A model generated the notes under the pieces. That model made no database searches, had not been told where the DNA came from, and saw only the letters and a list, made by a program, of their open reading frames with translations. A DNA stretch of 62,155 nt, filler included, from Globobulimina sp. (Eukaryota): NCBI GenBank assembly GCA_003354225.1. It is 21 parts of 21 records of this genome, joined end to end, with 100 filler letters (N's around TTAATTAATTAA, not from the genome) between each part and the next. Parts side by side here need not be neighbours in the genome. Positions count along the whole stretch, not along the records: positions 17,803 to 20,667 come from PIVH01004571.1; positions 20,768 to 23,632 come from PIVH01004572.1; positions 23,733 to 26,596 come from PIVH01004573.1; positions 26,697 to 29,560 come from PIVH01004574.1; positions 29,661 to 32,524 come from PIVH01004575.1; 16 more parts are not named here. One strand, given 5' to 3'. A program made the translations under genes and the position numbers. Below are positions 20,111-31,822 of this stretch, in pieces. Numbering within the stretch: the first letter of the stretch is position 1; each line of letters starts with the position of its first letter.

Positions 20111-20489
20111 CTCTCAAGTCTCAACACAGGATCGCCAACAACATAACACAACAAAGGTGCTTCGATTACACACGTACACAAATTATAACAGACAAACAAC
20201 ACAAACACACACAATAACCGACAAATTCAGCTACAATTCATTCAAATTGGCTGTGGTTCAAGCTAATGGACCATTGCGTTATAAAACATCGACCACCGAC
20301 AGTAAATTGCGCCCACTAATTGTAAATTATGTATTTTCTCAATAATTGAACAGTTACAAATCAACCAATGGCTGCTTGCTTTGTGGTTGTAAAATATATT
20401 TGGTCGGCGGTTCTCATCATTGTCACTAATCGCCACAATGGAACGTGGTTAGTGCCGTGCATTTAGATTTAGGCTGATGCATATTCAGT

Positions 20490-20630
20490 AAGAGCATCAG
20501 GTTTTCAACGTCAGATTTTTATTGTTTCTGAGAAACTAAGGCAAACCTATATTATTTTTACCAGTCACCAGACACGGTTTGCTTACACCTTACCCCAATA
20601 AAAATCTGACGCTGAAGACCGGATGCTCTT
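20490..20630. repeat. Imperfect inverted repeat (fold-back or MITE-like)
   Basis: The 35-bp arm AAGAGCATCAGGTTTTCAACGTCAGATTTTTATTG matches its reverse complement with three mismatches. There is also an inner GCAAACC/GGTTTGC pair. Confidence 0.8.
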
Positions 20631-20767
20631 TTTGAAAAACTGCAGAAAACTTTACGTTTCCATCGATNNNNNNNNNNNNNNNNNNNNNNNNNNNNNNNNN
20701 NNNNNNNNNNNTTAATTAATTAANNNNNNNNNNNNNNNNNNNNNNNNNNNNNNNNNNNNNNNNNNNN

Positions 20768-23443
20768 CCAATCAAATGCATTTTCTAGCAAATCTCGCAA
20801 ATTCATTACAATCATGCAACAATATCCAGATTCATCACTCACTAACAACTTCACCTCGTTCTCCATCCCGTCCTCCTTAGTATAAATTCTTTGGATCATC
20901 GCACGCAAATTATAGCTTTTCGTCTGATCAAACATCGCATCTTTGGGCAGCTCGGCAATGTTTACATAGTCACTGTTTATCCGCAATCGCTCCGCTTCGA
21001 TGATGGCGTCAATATTCTGCTGCTGCAACCAAAATGACTCCAAATTGTCCTCCATCTCATCCATGACAGCATCGCCATCATTGATGTCGACGTCGAGCTC
21101 CATTTTACATATCTCGACATCGCCAGCAATAGCCTCCAATTTGTGTTTCTGTGCAAGAATCACTTTCTTAAACACATTAATATCATATTTTGGATATTTG
21201 TCATACTCTTTCACGCATTGCTTGACATTAAATATCTTAATCACATTATCAATGGCGGCCAGCACACGAATATCGCATTGCTTATTGTCATATCTATCCA
21301 TCCCGCAATAACGCATATCATTCCACGGTCGATAAATCGTCACAAAATCGTACTTTTCCAGCTGTAATTCCTCGAATTTGCTCGCGTCAAAATAACACAA
21401 AGCATAGGCATACGCAAATATATTCGCTTCGTAATAAACGCACACAGTTTGATACAAATCATAGTATGACACCCTTCGAATGCGTAATATCTTCAATATC
21501 AATTTGTCAGTCACGCCTAAATTAGCCGGCATTTTATCGATGCAGTCCGTGTACATCGTCACCATATTATATCTATTCGCTATCTTCAAGCTCAAATCTC
21601 GCAAATCTCGCTGCCATTTCCCACGCGATCGCGAATTGTGCTTCTTTTTCCCGCTGCGTTTGCTTAATGTCTTTTTCTGTGCGGATGTGGATGCAATGGC
21701 TTTGTCAGTTAAATTATTTAACCATTTCGGAGTATCGCCACGCTCATTGACCACTGCCGCGTGTTCATCGTCAGAATGATCAATTTCCTCCTTATCGCTG
21801 CGTGTTTTGTTTGGTGTTTGCATTTTGGAGACGCGCTTCAATGATTTTGGTGTTACTGCTATGTCGCTTTGATGGCGTGTTTTGTATTTAAAGCGTTGCG
21901 GTGTTTGCAAGTATTGTAAATCTGTGTTGGTGGTCCTGCTCTCTTCAATATCTTCCGCAGTGTGGCCATGGCTGTTATGTGAACTACGAGTGTTTGAATG
22001 GGGTAATTTACTGACAATGGATAGGTCATTTACATTTTGTATTGGTTTAAATGTGGAGATATTGTCGGTTCTGTCTGTACATGTCAATGAATGTAATTGT
22101 TTGCATAACGGCACGTATGCTTTATTACTGTGGCTCGAATTGCTTTTCTTTTTGTTTTTGAGTGGTTTTATGCCGGATTTTGCTGGTTTTATGGCGGATT
22201 TTTGTGGCTTTTCCGTTTTTACGGTGAATGGTGATGCCATGATAGGGATAGCGATATGAAATGGATCTGTTTGGGGTGTTTTTCGTTTCTTTTTCTTTGG
22301 TGGCAACAATTGATCCAATAATTTGAATGTCGGTGTTTCTGTTTGAGTTTGCGAGGAGAGGGAGGAAATATTTCTCTTTCTAGACAAGGACACACGGTGC
22401 GATTTGCTCCATTTCTTTCGTTTTTTGTGGGCTTTGGCAATTAGTGGTTGATTGGAATTAGAATGAGATGCAAAATGAACACTAAATGGATCATTTGGAT
22501 CATATCCCGATGATGGTAACGAGTGTCGTTTCAGTCGTTTTTGCCGTTTTCGTGGCGATCGATTTGTATTTACATTATTCTGCTCAGTGTTGTCACGGCT
22601 GCGTTTGCGCGTATTTTGTTGATTAAATAATGCGGAAAATGCATGATCAGACTCTAACTGTCTCCGAACTTTTTCTTTTTTATTATCTCGTGTTCTGTGC
22701 TTATTTCTGGGCCTGGGACTGGCTATATTTTTAGCTTTATTTTTCTCAAATCCTTGCATGAATTTGTTGTCCTCTTCTTCCATTTTGATCAGTCTCTCTT
22801 TCTCCCTCTGTATGGCTTGTTTTTTCTGCATATTTTGAGTGATTCCTCGTTGGATTTGCGCCTCCTCCATAATCATTGTCATTGCATCATTGTCAGTGTC
22901 ATTCTCGAATGGTATTGCTCCATAATCATAGTCGTCGTCATTTGTTATGATTGGGTTTGTTTGGTTGCAATTGGCAAATAAATCGGGTGCGTCAATGGTG
23001 TTTTGTGAGGAGTTTGTATCCGATGACACGATATGTATTGGTTGTGGTTGTGGTGGATTGTTATTATTATTATTTTTTGAAGAAAAGGATTTTTGTAATT
23101 CATTTAAAATATTTATTTTGTCAGCTGTACTGTATTTGTCTCTGTGTGATGCGGTTTGTTCAGAATAGATGTCATCGTTTGTTTGTAATAATGCCTCATA
23201 GTCATATGGAGCATAATTTGTTTGTTGCGATAAAACATCGTCATCGTCATTATCAATGGTGTTGTTTTTTCGTTTTGATTTGTTTATTTTTTTCGTAATT
23301 TGTTCATGCCGCATAATAAAATCGTCATCGTCATGTTCATTTGGCTCAGGTGAGGGTAATTGTTGAGTGCGCGTAAGATTCGATGCTAAAACAACTTCAT
23401 TATCGTCAGAGTCCGAGTCAAGAAAAATTAGTTGCGTTGACAT
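20768..23443 (-). CDS. Large protein with a disordered N-terminus and a C-terminal OB-fold-like region, possibly SPIDR-like (3' partial)
   Basis: About 600 aa of low-complexity basic/acidic sequence, then DFVTIYRPW and LRAMIQRIY...LLVSDESG, which recall SPIDR/DUF4503 OB folds. The ORF is well supported; the family call is tentative. Confidence 0.45.
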
Positions 23444-23851
23444 GATGAGCAACTGCAGAGTTACTAGATTAGTAATTATTTGACACATAACCCCCTGGCA
23501 AGTGTACGTTTGTATTCACTTTGCAAACCCAATGCAAATATACTTTTCATAAATCATATACAAAATATCGACCATTTAGATTTATTGAAACGACTTTGCA
23601 CGAATCAGAATAATTAAATGAAAAAATAAGTGNNNNNNNNNNNNNNNNNNNNNNNNNNNNNNNNNNNNNNNNNNNNTTAATTAATTAANNNNNNNNNNNN
23701 NNNNNNNNNNNNNNNNNNNNNNNNNNNNNNNNTGGGGATTTCAATATCCCGAATGAAATCTGGGGCAGTACCCGCTCGACAATGGAATCAAATGAATTTA
23801 TAGACGCCATCCACTCCATAAACATACAAATACTCAATGTAAACAATCCAT

Positions 23852-24937
23852 ATGGAATTAAATCAACAGAGACCCGAATCGTCCCCAAAGAATGATGCAG
23901 AATCTAAAAGTCCGAGCATTGACAGTGAGACACAGCAAAGCGAAGAAGACCAATGGTATGACAGTAAAGTGAATGCAGTCAATCTGAAATATACCAAAAT
24001 GATCCAATTAATCGAGAAATCTATGGTGACGAATGCGGACATTGTCGATACGAATAAAATTGCGATACGTCGTTTTTGTAAAGCGACTTTTTATCATTTG
24101 CAGAATGAGACGGGCAGCGATCTCCCGATCCCTACCTGGATACGGTCCGAGGCCTGGTTTAAAATGCTCCGATTAATTGTGGCCGAGAATTGCATCCAAA
24201 GTGTCAGCCGCGCACAACGCACTGAATTAGAATATGAAGGAAAAAACGTATATTTAACACCTATTACAGTCATTGGTATAAATCCAATGTTATTGGTTGG
24301 TGAAGAAAAATTAGGTTTTCCTGCAATGAATATCCGATTGGGCACAATTACAAAGTATCTGGTATTGGTAAATAATGATTTTTTCACCGATTTTTTATTA
24401 ACGTATGGAAATTGTGCGTGCGGCAAAAAGTTCTCAGGCCATGAAAAATGCCCAGAGCAAAAGCACTATTTAGCGAAAGAAATCAATAAATTAAAGCAAC
24501 GTTATAAAGCCGGGAAATCCACCAAACAGAAAATGGAGAATGATATTGATAGAATCATCGCAATCAAATGTCTTAATTGTGGCTATTGGGGACATTTTGG
24601 AAACGGCTGCAAGAGCAAAGATTTGCGGTGTATTTGTTGCTACGAATCAGACCATATTCGCACTTTAAATATCAAAGTTTGCGATGATTCAAAAAATCTG
24701 CGTGCATTGTTCAAGAATTTATTAACTATCACGGTGAATTATGTAGCGATCGAATATGGCAATATCGACCATTATAAATTAATAAATTGTACAGTAAATG
24801 AAGAATTAGAGCTATCGGACCTATATAAAGTGATATTATCGGATGCGAGCAATCAAGAAATTGAATTAATAGATTCCGGCCGAGATAGTAAGGAGAATTC
24901 GCAGACGTTCGGAGGCAGCGAAATCATCCGAGAATGA
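23852..24937 (+). CDS. LINE ORF1-like protein with zinc knuckles
   Basis: CLNCGYWGHFGNGC (CX2CX4HX4C), then CICCYESDH, with an additional upstream CACGKKFSGHEKC. Confidence 0.75.
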   Translation: MELNQQRPESSPKNDAESKSPSIDSETQQSEEDQWYDSKVNAVNLKYTKMIQLIEKSMVTNADIVDTNKIAIRRFCKATFYHLQNETGSDLPIPTWIRSEAWFKMLRLIVAENCIQSVSRAQRTELEYEGKNVYLTPITVIGINPMLLVGEEKLGFPAMNIRLGTITKYLVLVNNDFFTDFLLTYGNCACGKKFSGHEKCPEQKHYLAKEINKLKQRYKAGKSTKQKMENDIDRIIAIKCLNCGYWGHFGNGCKSKDLRCICCYESDHIRTLNIKVCDDSKNLRALFKNLLTITVNYVAIEYGNIDHYKLINCTVNEELELSDLYKVILSDASNQEIELIDSGRDSKENSQTFGGSEIIRE

Positions 24938-25610
24938 TATTGAAATATTAAAAAATCAGATTGTAAATGTATCAAATTCAGCTAATGACCTGTTTATTAC
25001 CGATGAGACGCTGCAAAACCATGGATTGGATGAAACTGATTTTGAAAATGACATTGAAGCGGACTTATTCGATGAATCAAATGATATAACGATTGAGGAA
25101 GATTCGATTACGCCACGAATACCAACCAATACAAATAATTATAACACAGATTTGCAGCCCAATCCGTTCGGAAATATGTCCGAAGTGTTCGATATTTGCA
25201 ATGAGAATATCAATATTAATGTAAGTAATATGCCGCCCTCGCAATCAGAATTTAGGACCGATAAACCAACCAATAATCCGCTATCACCTCTCCCTGCAAA
25301 TGAGTCACCACAATATATTTTTGGAGCTGTCTCAACTCCGAAAGTGATCCCACAAAGAAATAGGAAGCCACAGCCAATCCGCCGGCTGCAAATCAAACCG
25401 AAATTGCCCAAATATATTAGACCCCGCCGTACGAATATTAATGCTTTCCACGGCCTGACGATTAATGATCGATTAGAGACAGTATGTGCGAAAAAGAAGA
25501 AAGTCAATGAATTACCGTTTAAAAATATTCGACCGGCGGCAAAGAATTCGAGATCAAAGACCGCAAAAACGAGTACCAATAAGAACAGCGATGATAAACA
25601 TGAGATCTAA
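24873..25610 (+). CDS. Acidic then Pro/basic ORF overlapping the ORF1 3' end (probable ORF1 tail in the +1 frame)
   Basis: The frame is open from 24873 to 25610 and has a disordered composition typical of ORF1 tails. Confidence 0.45.
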   Translation: MPAEIVRRIRRRSEAAKSSENDIEILKNQIVNVSNSANDLFITDETLQNHGLDETDFENDIEADLFDESNDITIEEDSITPRIPTNTNNYNTDLQPNPFGNMSEVFDICNENININVSNMPPSQSEFRTDKPTNNPLSPLPANESPQYIFGAVSTPKVIPQRNRKPQPIRRLQIKPKLPKYIRPRRTNINAFHGLTINDRLETVCAKKKKVNELPFKNIRPAAKNSRSKTAKTSTNKNSDDKHEI

Positions 25611-25992
25611 TCCTGCCAAGAAAGAAAAAATCAATCAATTTAAAACAATTTTATGTAAATTTTTGCCACCTCTAATTATTAACCCCTTAATAAATAATAC
25701 CTATATACATACTGTTATCCTATTTTGTGTCGGATTAGTAGACAGAGAATATTTTATATTTACGGATATGCAAAATGAGTATTTTACTCTCTGTGTACCG
25801 TTTAACAAACATATAAAATCCTCTACTACTATCTGTCTATTTCTTTTTTATCAAAGTATGCTAAATAACACCTTAAATAATTTTCAATTCATTCCTTGTA
25901 GAATAACTCCTTACAAACTGACACCAAAAATAACTCTACGGTACAAAACAGTGACAAACTTAACTAAAGATACAAAAAACGAATAAATAAAG

Positions 25993-26596
25993 ATGGTTAA
26001 TTATAAAATAATACAATATAACATCAGCGGTATAATAAATCCATCCAAAATGTCAGCAGAAAATAAGTGTCGGAGATTGAACCAAATCATCACCTCCAAA
26101 CAAATTGATTTCCTCCTTTTGCAGGAATGGAGTGCCACTCTGCGCTATCCACTGCAAACAGGAGATACACATTATATTGATTCCAATAATAAATCGCACC
26201 CAATCAAATTCCCAATTCAGTTCTTCCCAAATTATAATGTCCACCATACAGGTACAGAAACGGCTATATTATACCGTAAAACTCTAAATATCACTCCTTT
26301 ACAAACTCCGAATAACTATAACCATGATAGCCGCACCAAGAATTGCCACATAACCAGTGTCATACTGCACAGTGGCGACCGGGATATCGGCATCCATTCT
26401 CTATATAATTGCCCAAATAACCCGAATATCGACCAAATGTTTGACTATTCCTTCACTGTCGATAGTAATATAATTGCTGGGGATTTCAATATCCCGAATG
26501 AAATCTGGGGCAGTACCCGCTCGACAATGGAATCAAATGAATTTATAGACGCCATCCACTCCATAAACATACAAATACTCAATGTAAACAATCCAT
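25993..26596 (+). CDS. Apurinic/apyrimidinic endonuclease domain of LINE ORF2, truncated
   Basis: EEP-family motifs IIQYNISG, FLLLQEW, HSLYN.P, IIAGDFN and WG. Confidence 0.9.
26478..26596 (+). repeat. 119-bp exact direct repeat of 23733-23851
   Basis: TGGGGATTTCAATATCCCG...GTAAACAATCCAT is present at both contig ends. Confidence 0.97.
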
Positions 26597-26842
26597 NNNN
26601 NNNNNNNNNNNNNNNNNNNNNNNNNNNNNNNNNNNNNNNNTTAATTAATTAANNNNNNNNNNNNNNNNNNNNNNNNNNNNNNNNNNNNNNNNNNNNAAGG
26701 CATCCAAAGTATCAAGGATGCCATTTCAAACCTTGATAAAAACTTGACTGATATTTTAAAAAGCCATAAAGAGTGGACTACTGGCTAAAGTCAGGACCAA
26801 TAAATATCACATTAAAACCCTTAACGAATCTCAGTTTTAGAA

Positions 26843-27148
26843 TTATTTTTTAAATTTTCGTTCATCCTTAAAAATAATATCTTCAATACTTGAATCGTTA
26901 TTTGCTTTAATCTTGAGGAATATCAAATTCGGATTTCCAATGAATTCTTTCAATTTGCCACCTAGTACCAACGTATCTAACCAAGAAGGTATTATCCAGT
27001 GAAATGATTTTGTACCATTTTCTTCTATTTCTTCATTAATTATCAGATCCTGGGTTATTGGAAGAATGTCTCTCACAAGTTTTTTCCCAAAATTATTATA
27101 ATTGATCCAAACAATTAGTTCAAAATCCGGTAAATTCAAATCAAACAT
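26843..27148 (-). CDS. Small bacterial hypothetical protein
   Basis: The ATG at 27148 lies 1 nt after the stop of the upstream gene and is preceded by AAGGA, an operon-like coupling. Confidence 0.45.
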   Translation of the reverse strand: MFDLNLPDFELIVWINYNNFGKKLVRDILPITQDLIINEEIEENGTKSFHWIIPSWLDTLVLGGKLKEFIGNPNLIFLKIKANNDSSIEDIIFKDERKFKK

Positions 27149-27149
27149 A

Positions 27150-27710
27150 TTAATCCTTTTTAGTATTCTGTTTGATAAAATTTTCTGCGATAGGACCATC
27201 TTTTCGCCATGCCCAACAGGCATCGAATAAGTATTCTCCAATGTCAAACTCAGAATTTTCTTTTCTGACTTTATCACGAGCTCCGAATATCCAATACCCT
27301 TGAAGTGCTGCTGGTGCCATGGATAAAAGCAAAGTAGTCAAATGGACACATCCTTTTATACCACCAGCAATCTTCATAACTTTTGATGTAAATCCTGGAG
27401 CAATATTGAGTCCTTTTATTTTATCAAGACTGTTTTCTATTTCCCTGCAAATGCCATCATGAGGAGCTCTAGGTATTTTTGCTTGAATATCGACAATTTT
27501 TAATTCAGATATTTTGACTAACAATTGAATTTGCATTTGGTGAAATACATTAGGTTCAATGGGATCACCTGATCTCTCATAAACGGTTATCAGATTTTTT
27601 TCTTTGAATTCACCTGTAATTAATATGTGTTCGTCATCAACAATATAGGTGGATATATCCAAATTTCGATTATGGATTCTTTCAAGCTTATCTGTCTCAA
27701 TTTGTTCCAT
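27150..27710 (-). CDS. DUF2889-family bacterial protein
   Basis: Motifs [36 protein letters not shown] and DACWAW, with GGAG upstream. Confidence 0.8.
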   Translation of the reverse strand: MEQIETDKLERIHNRNLDISTYIVDDEHILITGEFKEKNLITVYERSGDPIEPNVFHQMQIQLLVKISELKIVDIQAKIPRAPHDGICREIENSLDKIKGLNIAPGFTSKVMKIAGGIKGCVHLTTLLLSMAPAALQGYWIFGARDKVRKENSEFDIGEYLFDACWAWRKDGPIAENFIKQNTKKD

Positions 27711-28000
27711 TTAAATATCATTATCTCCATATGAAGAGTTTTATTATTTCGACAGTGGTACAATACCATTTTATTTCAAGAAGTCACTTCTAATTATTTT
27801 AAGTGATCTGATTAAACTTATGAAAGATACCAGATCAAATCTTCACGAATTTTGGTGCGAATTACTTTGGCTAAAATTTCCTCAATTTCATAGTTTGTGG
27901 ACTCAAAGAACCCATTACAAATCAAAACTGATTTTCGTTAAAAAATGAGGTTAAGATAACGCAAGTGTGTGTAACTATCATATTAACTACTAGAGTAATT

Positions 28001-29227
28001 CTAATTTACTGGGCCAAGAAAAAAAGTATTCAAAAATCCTTTCCCTTTAATTTCAACATTAGCTCTATTTTCGAAATTAAATTCTTTATAATTCTTTACA
28101 ATATTATACGTATCAATTGAAATTTGAATTTTCCCATTTTTTCCAGATGATTCCATTCTTGATGCAATATTGACTGCATCCCCCCATAAATCATAAATAA
28201 ACCTTTTTTTCCCAATGATACCAGCCACAACTTTTCCACTGTTTATTCCGACTCGCAGTTTAAACTCAGGATATTTATTCACTACTTCTAACATTTTAAT
28301 AGCAAATTTTGAAATTTCATATGCATGATTTTCATTCTTTTCCGGAATCCCTGATGCCACCATGTAAGCATCACCAATCGTCTTTATTTTTTCGAGGTCG
28401 TATTGCTCTATAAGATCATCAAATTCGGAAAATATTTTATGTAAAACTTTTACTATTTCTTCGGGTTTCTTATTCGAACACCATGATGTAAACCCAACCA
28501 AATCAGCGAACAATACACTGCAATCAACAAAGCCCTCTGCAAATGTATGCCCATCAGTTTTTAGTTTTTGAGCTATTTTAGGCGGCAATATATTAAATAA
28601 TAGGCCCTCCATCTTATTATTTGCTTTTGAAAGTTCTGATTCTGCTGAGTTGATATCTGTCATAATCGTCGCTAGAAATAAGATGGTTATTATCAAACAA
28701 CTGATCGTCGTTATTGCATGTTGCCAAACCTTAAAGCTAACGGGAATATCATATAGAGGCTCAAATGGAATAAGTCCATATTCAATAATAACAAAAGTTA
28801 ATAGGGCTATTGAAGAATAAACCAATCGTCCAGTGGCGTTTTTAGGCAAACATAAATGAACTCCGACAATAATAGGAATGAACCAATAATGGACACAACC
28901 TAAATGATCAATACCATTACCAGAGGCCAATATTGCCATTAAAAATATATATGTCATAGATGTAATAAAAAATAAATGTGTGGGGAATCCTAACCATTTT
29001 TCTTTAAGAAGAAATAGGATTGTCGAAAATAGTATCAAAGCGACAACGTTCACAAAAGCGACAGAATAAAAACCTTTGATTATCCAAAATATATTCCACC
29101 CTATTAGTAGAAGTATCAAGAGAGAACATATTTTTGGTAGAAATTTAATAACTCTTTGAGTACTTTTTTCAGAGGGTAATAATTCGGTTGTGAAATAATC
29201 CTCATTTAAGGTTTGCAGATTTTCCAT
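28001..29227 (-). CDS. Membrane-anchored class III adenylate/guanylate cyclase (bacterial type)
   Basis: About six N-terminal TM helices; motifs FADLVGFT, KIKTIGDAYM, RVGINSG, YDLWGDAVNIASRMES and KGKG. The K and D specificity residues suggest ATP. No introns. Confidence 0.93.
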   Translation of the reverse strand: MENLQTLNEDYFTTELLPSEKSTQRVIKFLPKICSLLILLLIGWNIFWIIKGFYSVAFVNVVALILFSTILFLLKEKWLGFPTHLFFITSMTYIFLMAILASGNGIDHLGCVHYWFIPIIVGVHLCLPKNATGRLVYSSIALLTFVIIEYGLIPFEPLYDIPVSFKVWQHAITTISCLIITILFLATIMTDINSAESELSKANNKMEGLLFNILPPKIAQKLKTDGHTFAEGFVDCSVLFADLVGFTSWCSNKKPEEIVKVLHKIFSEFDDLIEQYDLEKIKTIGDAYMVASGIPEKNENHAYEISKFAIKMLEVVNKYPEFKLRVGINSGKVVAGIIGKKRFIYDLWGDAVNIASRMESSGKNGKIQISIDTYNIVKNYKEFNFENRANVEIKGKGFLNTFFLGPVN

Positions 29228-29660
29228 ATCGACTCTTTTAATAACAATGTTAGATGAATAATCAATGTTTTAAGTCCGTTAAAACTCTTGAAATCAATGG
29301 TGGAATTAACCTAGCAATAGTGCGGACAATAGTAAATAAGTAATACTTCATGGTTAGCACCTAAAAATTGAATCTAAAAAAGCAATTTTTGATGAGATGC
29401 GATTAAATAGAATTTAACACACTAATTATACTCAGGCATTATTATCCAAGTCCCAATTATTAAAAGACCCTAATCGGTCAAGGATAGAATTTCTAATCTT
29501 GATACAAATTTGACAACTATTTTAAAATTCAAAAAGAGGACACTTCTGGCGATAATAGAANNNNNNNNNNNNNNNNNNNNNNNNNNNNNNNNNNNNNNNN
29601 NNNNTTAATTAATTAANNNNNNNNNNNNNNNNNNNNNNNNNNNNNNNNNNNNNNNNNNNN

Positions 29661-31780
29661 TTTAATTTAACTTCATATGGAATGGTATCTGTGTTATTAC
29701 AATCATATAACAACAATTCCCCATCATCTGCTGCTGTGATTGCATACGTTGTATTGAACTGCGTCCCCATATATATAACTATCGCAAAGCCAAACAATAT
29801 ATACACCCACATCAATATTGACATACAATCCTTACATTTATGTGGAAATATATAGGTTTTACCAATCAATTCCTGCCGTACATCATTTATATGCTTTACT
29901 TTTAATAATATCTTGCTTAAACTATCTGATTTCCCAGCCGTTATCTCAGGTTTTTCATCCTTAATCTTTTCCGTGTTCACATGAGCTGTGTCAGGCATAT
30001 GGCCACCATCACTCTCAATAGATTGCAAACTGATTTCCTCCGCTTCCTGCTGCTCTTTTTCCTGCGTATCATAGTTTGTGTCGTATTTTGCAGGCAATGC
30101 AAATTTCTCTTTTAATTTTTTCTGTGCCATATTCACAAAGGTTCGCCTCGATATTGATGTGCGTCTATCCCCGTTGCCGTTGCCATTGCTGTTTTTAATC
30201 TCATTTAGCGCCGGCAATGCGATGTCTTTATTATCGTCACACGACGCCACATGGTCCACATCAGAGGTGTACGGAGTGGGTAACGCTAACATATCATTGT
30301 CAATCTCCACTGACGTTTCCATGTCAGTCAACATAAACAAACTGTCATTCTCTGTATAATTCGCTATCGAAGACATGGACGACATACCGCGAATATGCTT
30401 GAATTTCTGTGGCGAAGACTGCAGCAAAGAGGAGGATTTCAGATAATGTTGCTTGTACTGCGCCATGTTGTGCTTTAACGGTGAAATTGGAATGTCCCCG
30501 ATTTGCGAGTGTTGGTCGCTGAGATCAGACAAATTGCTCGCTACTTTATGGTGTTGCTGTGCTATATTCGCTATGTTATTTGCTCGATGGTGCAGTTGCA
30601 TGCTGAAACCACCGGAGCTCAGAGTACCTATAGTTGTGTTCAAATCGTCGTCGATGTTTGTATGCGACACTGCGGATAATGTGGGCGAGGTCGACGACAT
30701 TGACCAGGGCTTCTTCATGGGCGATATGGCAGAATCTGTTATTTTTTTACTATGATCAATATGGAGTTTCTTATTACTATTTTTTGATTTGTATTTGTTA
30801 AACGTTGCTGTATTGGATTCTGAATCTGAGTCGGATTCACTTTCTCCATCTCCGTCGTCATCGTCATCTGAAAATGTAATCGATTCTGACTCCAGATCCT
30901 CATCGTCATCGTCTGCGAAAACAGAGGATAACATACTACTTTGTTGCGGATTATGTTTATTCATCTTTGCAACGCCCAGATATAAATATTTGTTGCCAAG
31001 CTCAGAGCTATCACTGCGGTTATAAAAATGTCGTTTTTTCTTCTTATTTTTCTTGCTTTTCACCTTTGCGGCGGGCGGTGGAGGCATTGGTAGAGGCAAA
31101 GGCAACGGCGCATTGAGCGAAGGCACGGGTTCGATGGCATCCTCTTCGGACATTTCGTCCCATTGCTCCAGTATTATGATACTTTTCTGCTGTTTGTAAC
31201 TATCACCATACAGCGCGGAGCCAGGTTGCGGGGATTTGCTGTTCAAAGGACATGCATCAGATTCTTCATAAGTTGCTTCTTCCACAATAGACAATCGTTT
31301 ATGAGAGCAGTAGCCACAAAATTGATAGTCTGAATCATTGAATTTATTGCAACGGTTACATTTCCACTCTGCGCCGGGAACAATCATGGATAACGTGTCC
31401 AGTCCAATGGCCTTGGTATTTGACGCTAAATCTCGCACTTCGTACATACCATATTCATCATGGATGAGATCGTCGTCTGTCTGGTTATTTATATTGGCAC
31501 TGCTACTTTTGTACCCTGCGCCGGTCAATGAGCAGTATGATACGGAATGTTCTTCTTCGAGCAATGACATACAACCCGCTGCGTTGAGGGTGTTGTCCGG
31601 ATCCACATTCCTTTCGTTTACAGTCAAATAATATGAACATGACGCCAAAGGTTTGGAGTTCTTCATAAAATATCGAAATAATAATAGGGGTATTCCTGAT
31701 ATTAATGATATACAAATGGAATATGATATTTCATCGATGGATTTGGAGGTTTTTGAGGAATAATATAACGCGGCTAAAAT
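29661..31780 (-). CDS. Polycystin (PKD1-like) membrane-region fragment with a large cytoplasmic loop containing a RanBP2-type zinc finger
   Basis: TM segments ILAALYY...SICISLISGIPLLLFRYF and PHKC...ILMWVYILFGFAIVIYMGTQF flank an acidic/Ser-rich loop of about 600 aa containing WKCNRCNKFN...FCGYC. An AG acceptor lies at 31782-31781. Confidence 0.5.
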
Positions 31781-31822
31781 CTGAATATATTTTATTAAAA
31801 AAACTTTGAAGTTTTTGAGAGA

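Larger units (their letters stand above)
23733..26596 (+). mobile_element. Non-LTR (LINE) retrotransposon fragment with ORF1 and truncated APE endonuclease, no RT; circular or tandem contig
   Basis: Zinc-knuckle ORF1 followed by an APE ORF2 start. The first 119 bp of the contig are identical to the last 119 bp. Confidence 0.85.

Noticed and set aside
26699-26722. GGCATCC/GGATGCC hairpin as a terminator for the bacterial genes
   Set aside because: It sits at the contig edge, so the U-tract cannot be seen, and the 10-nt loop is weak support.
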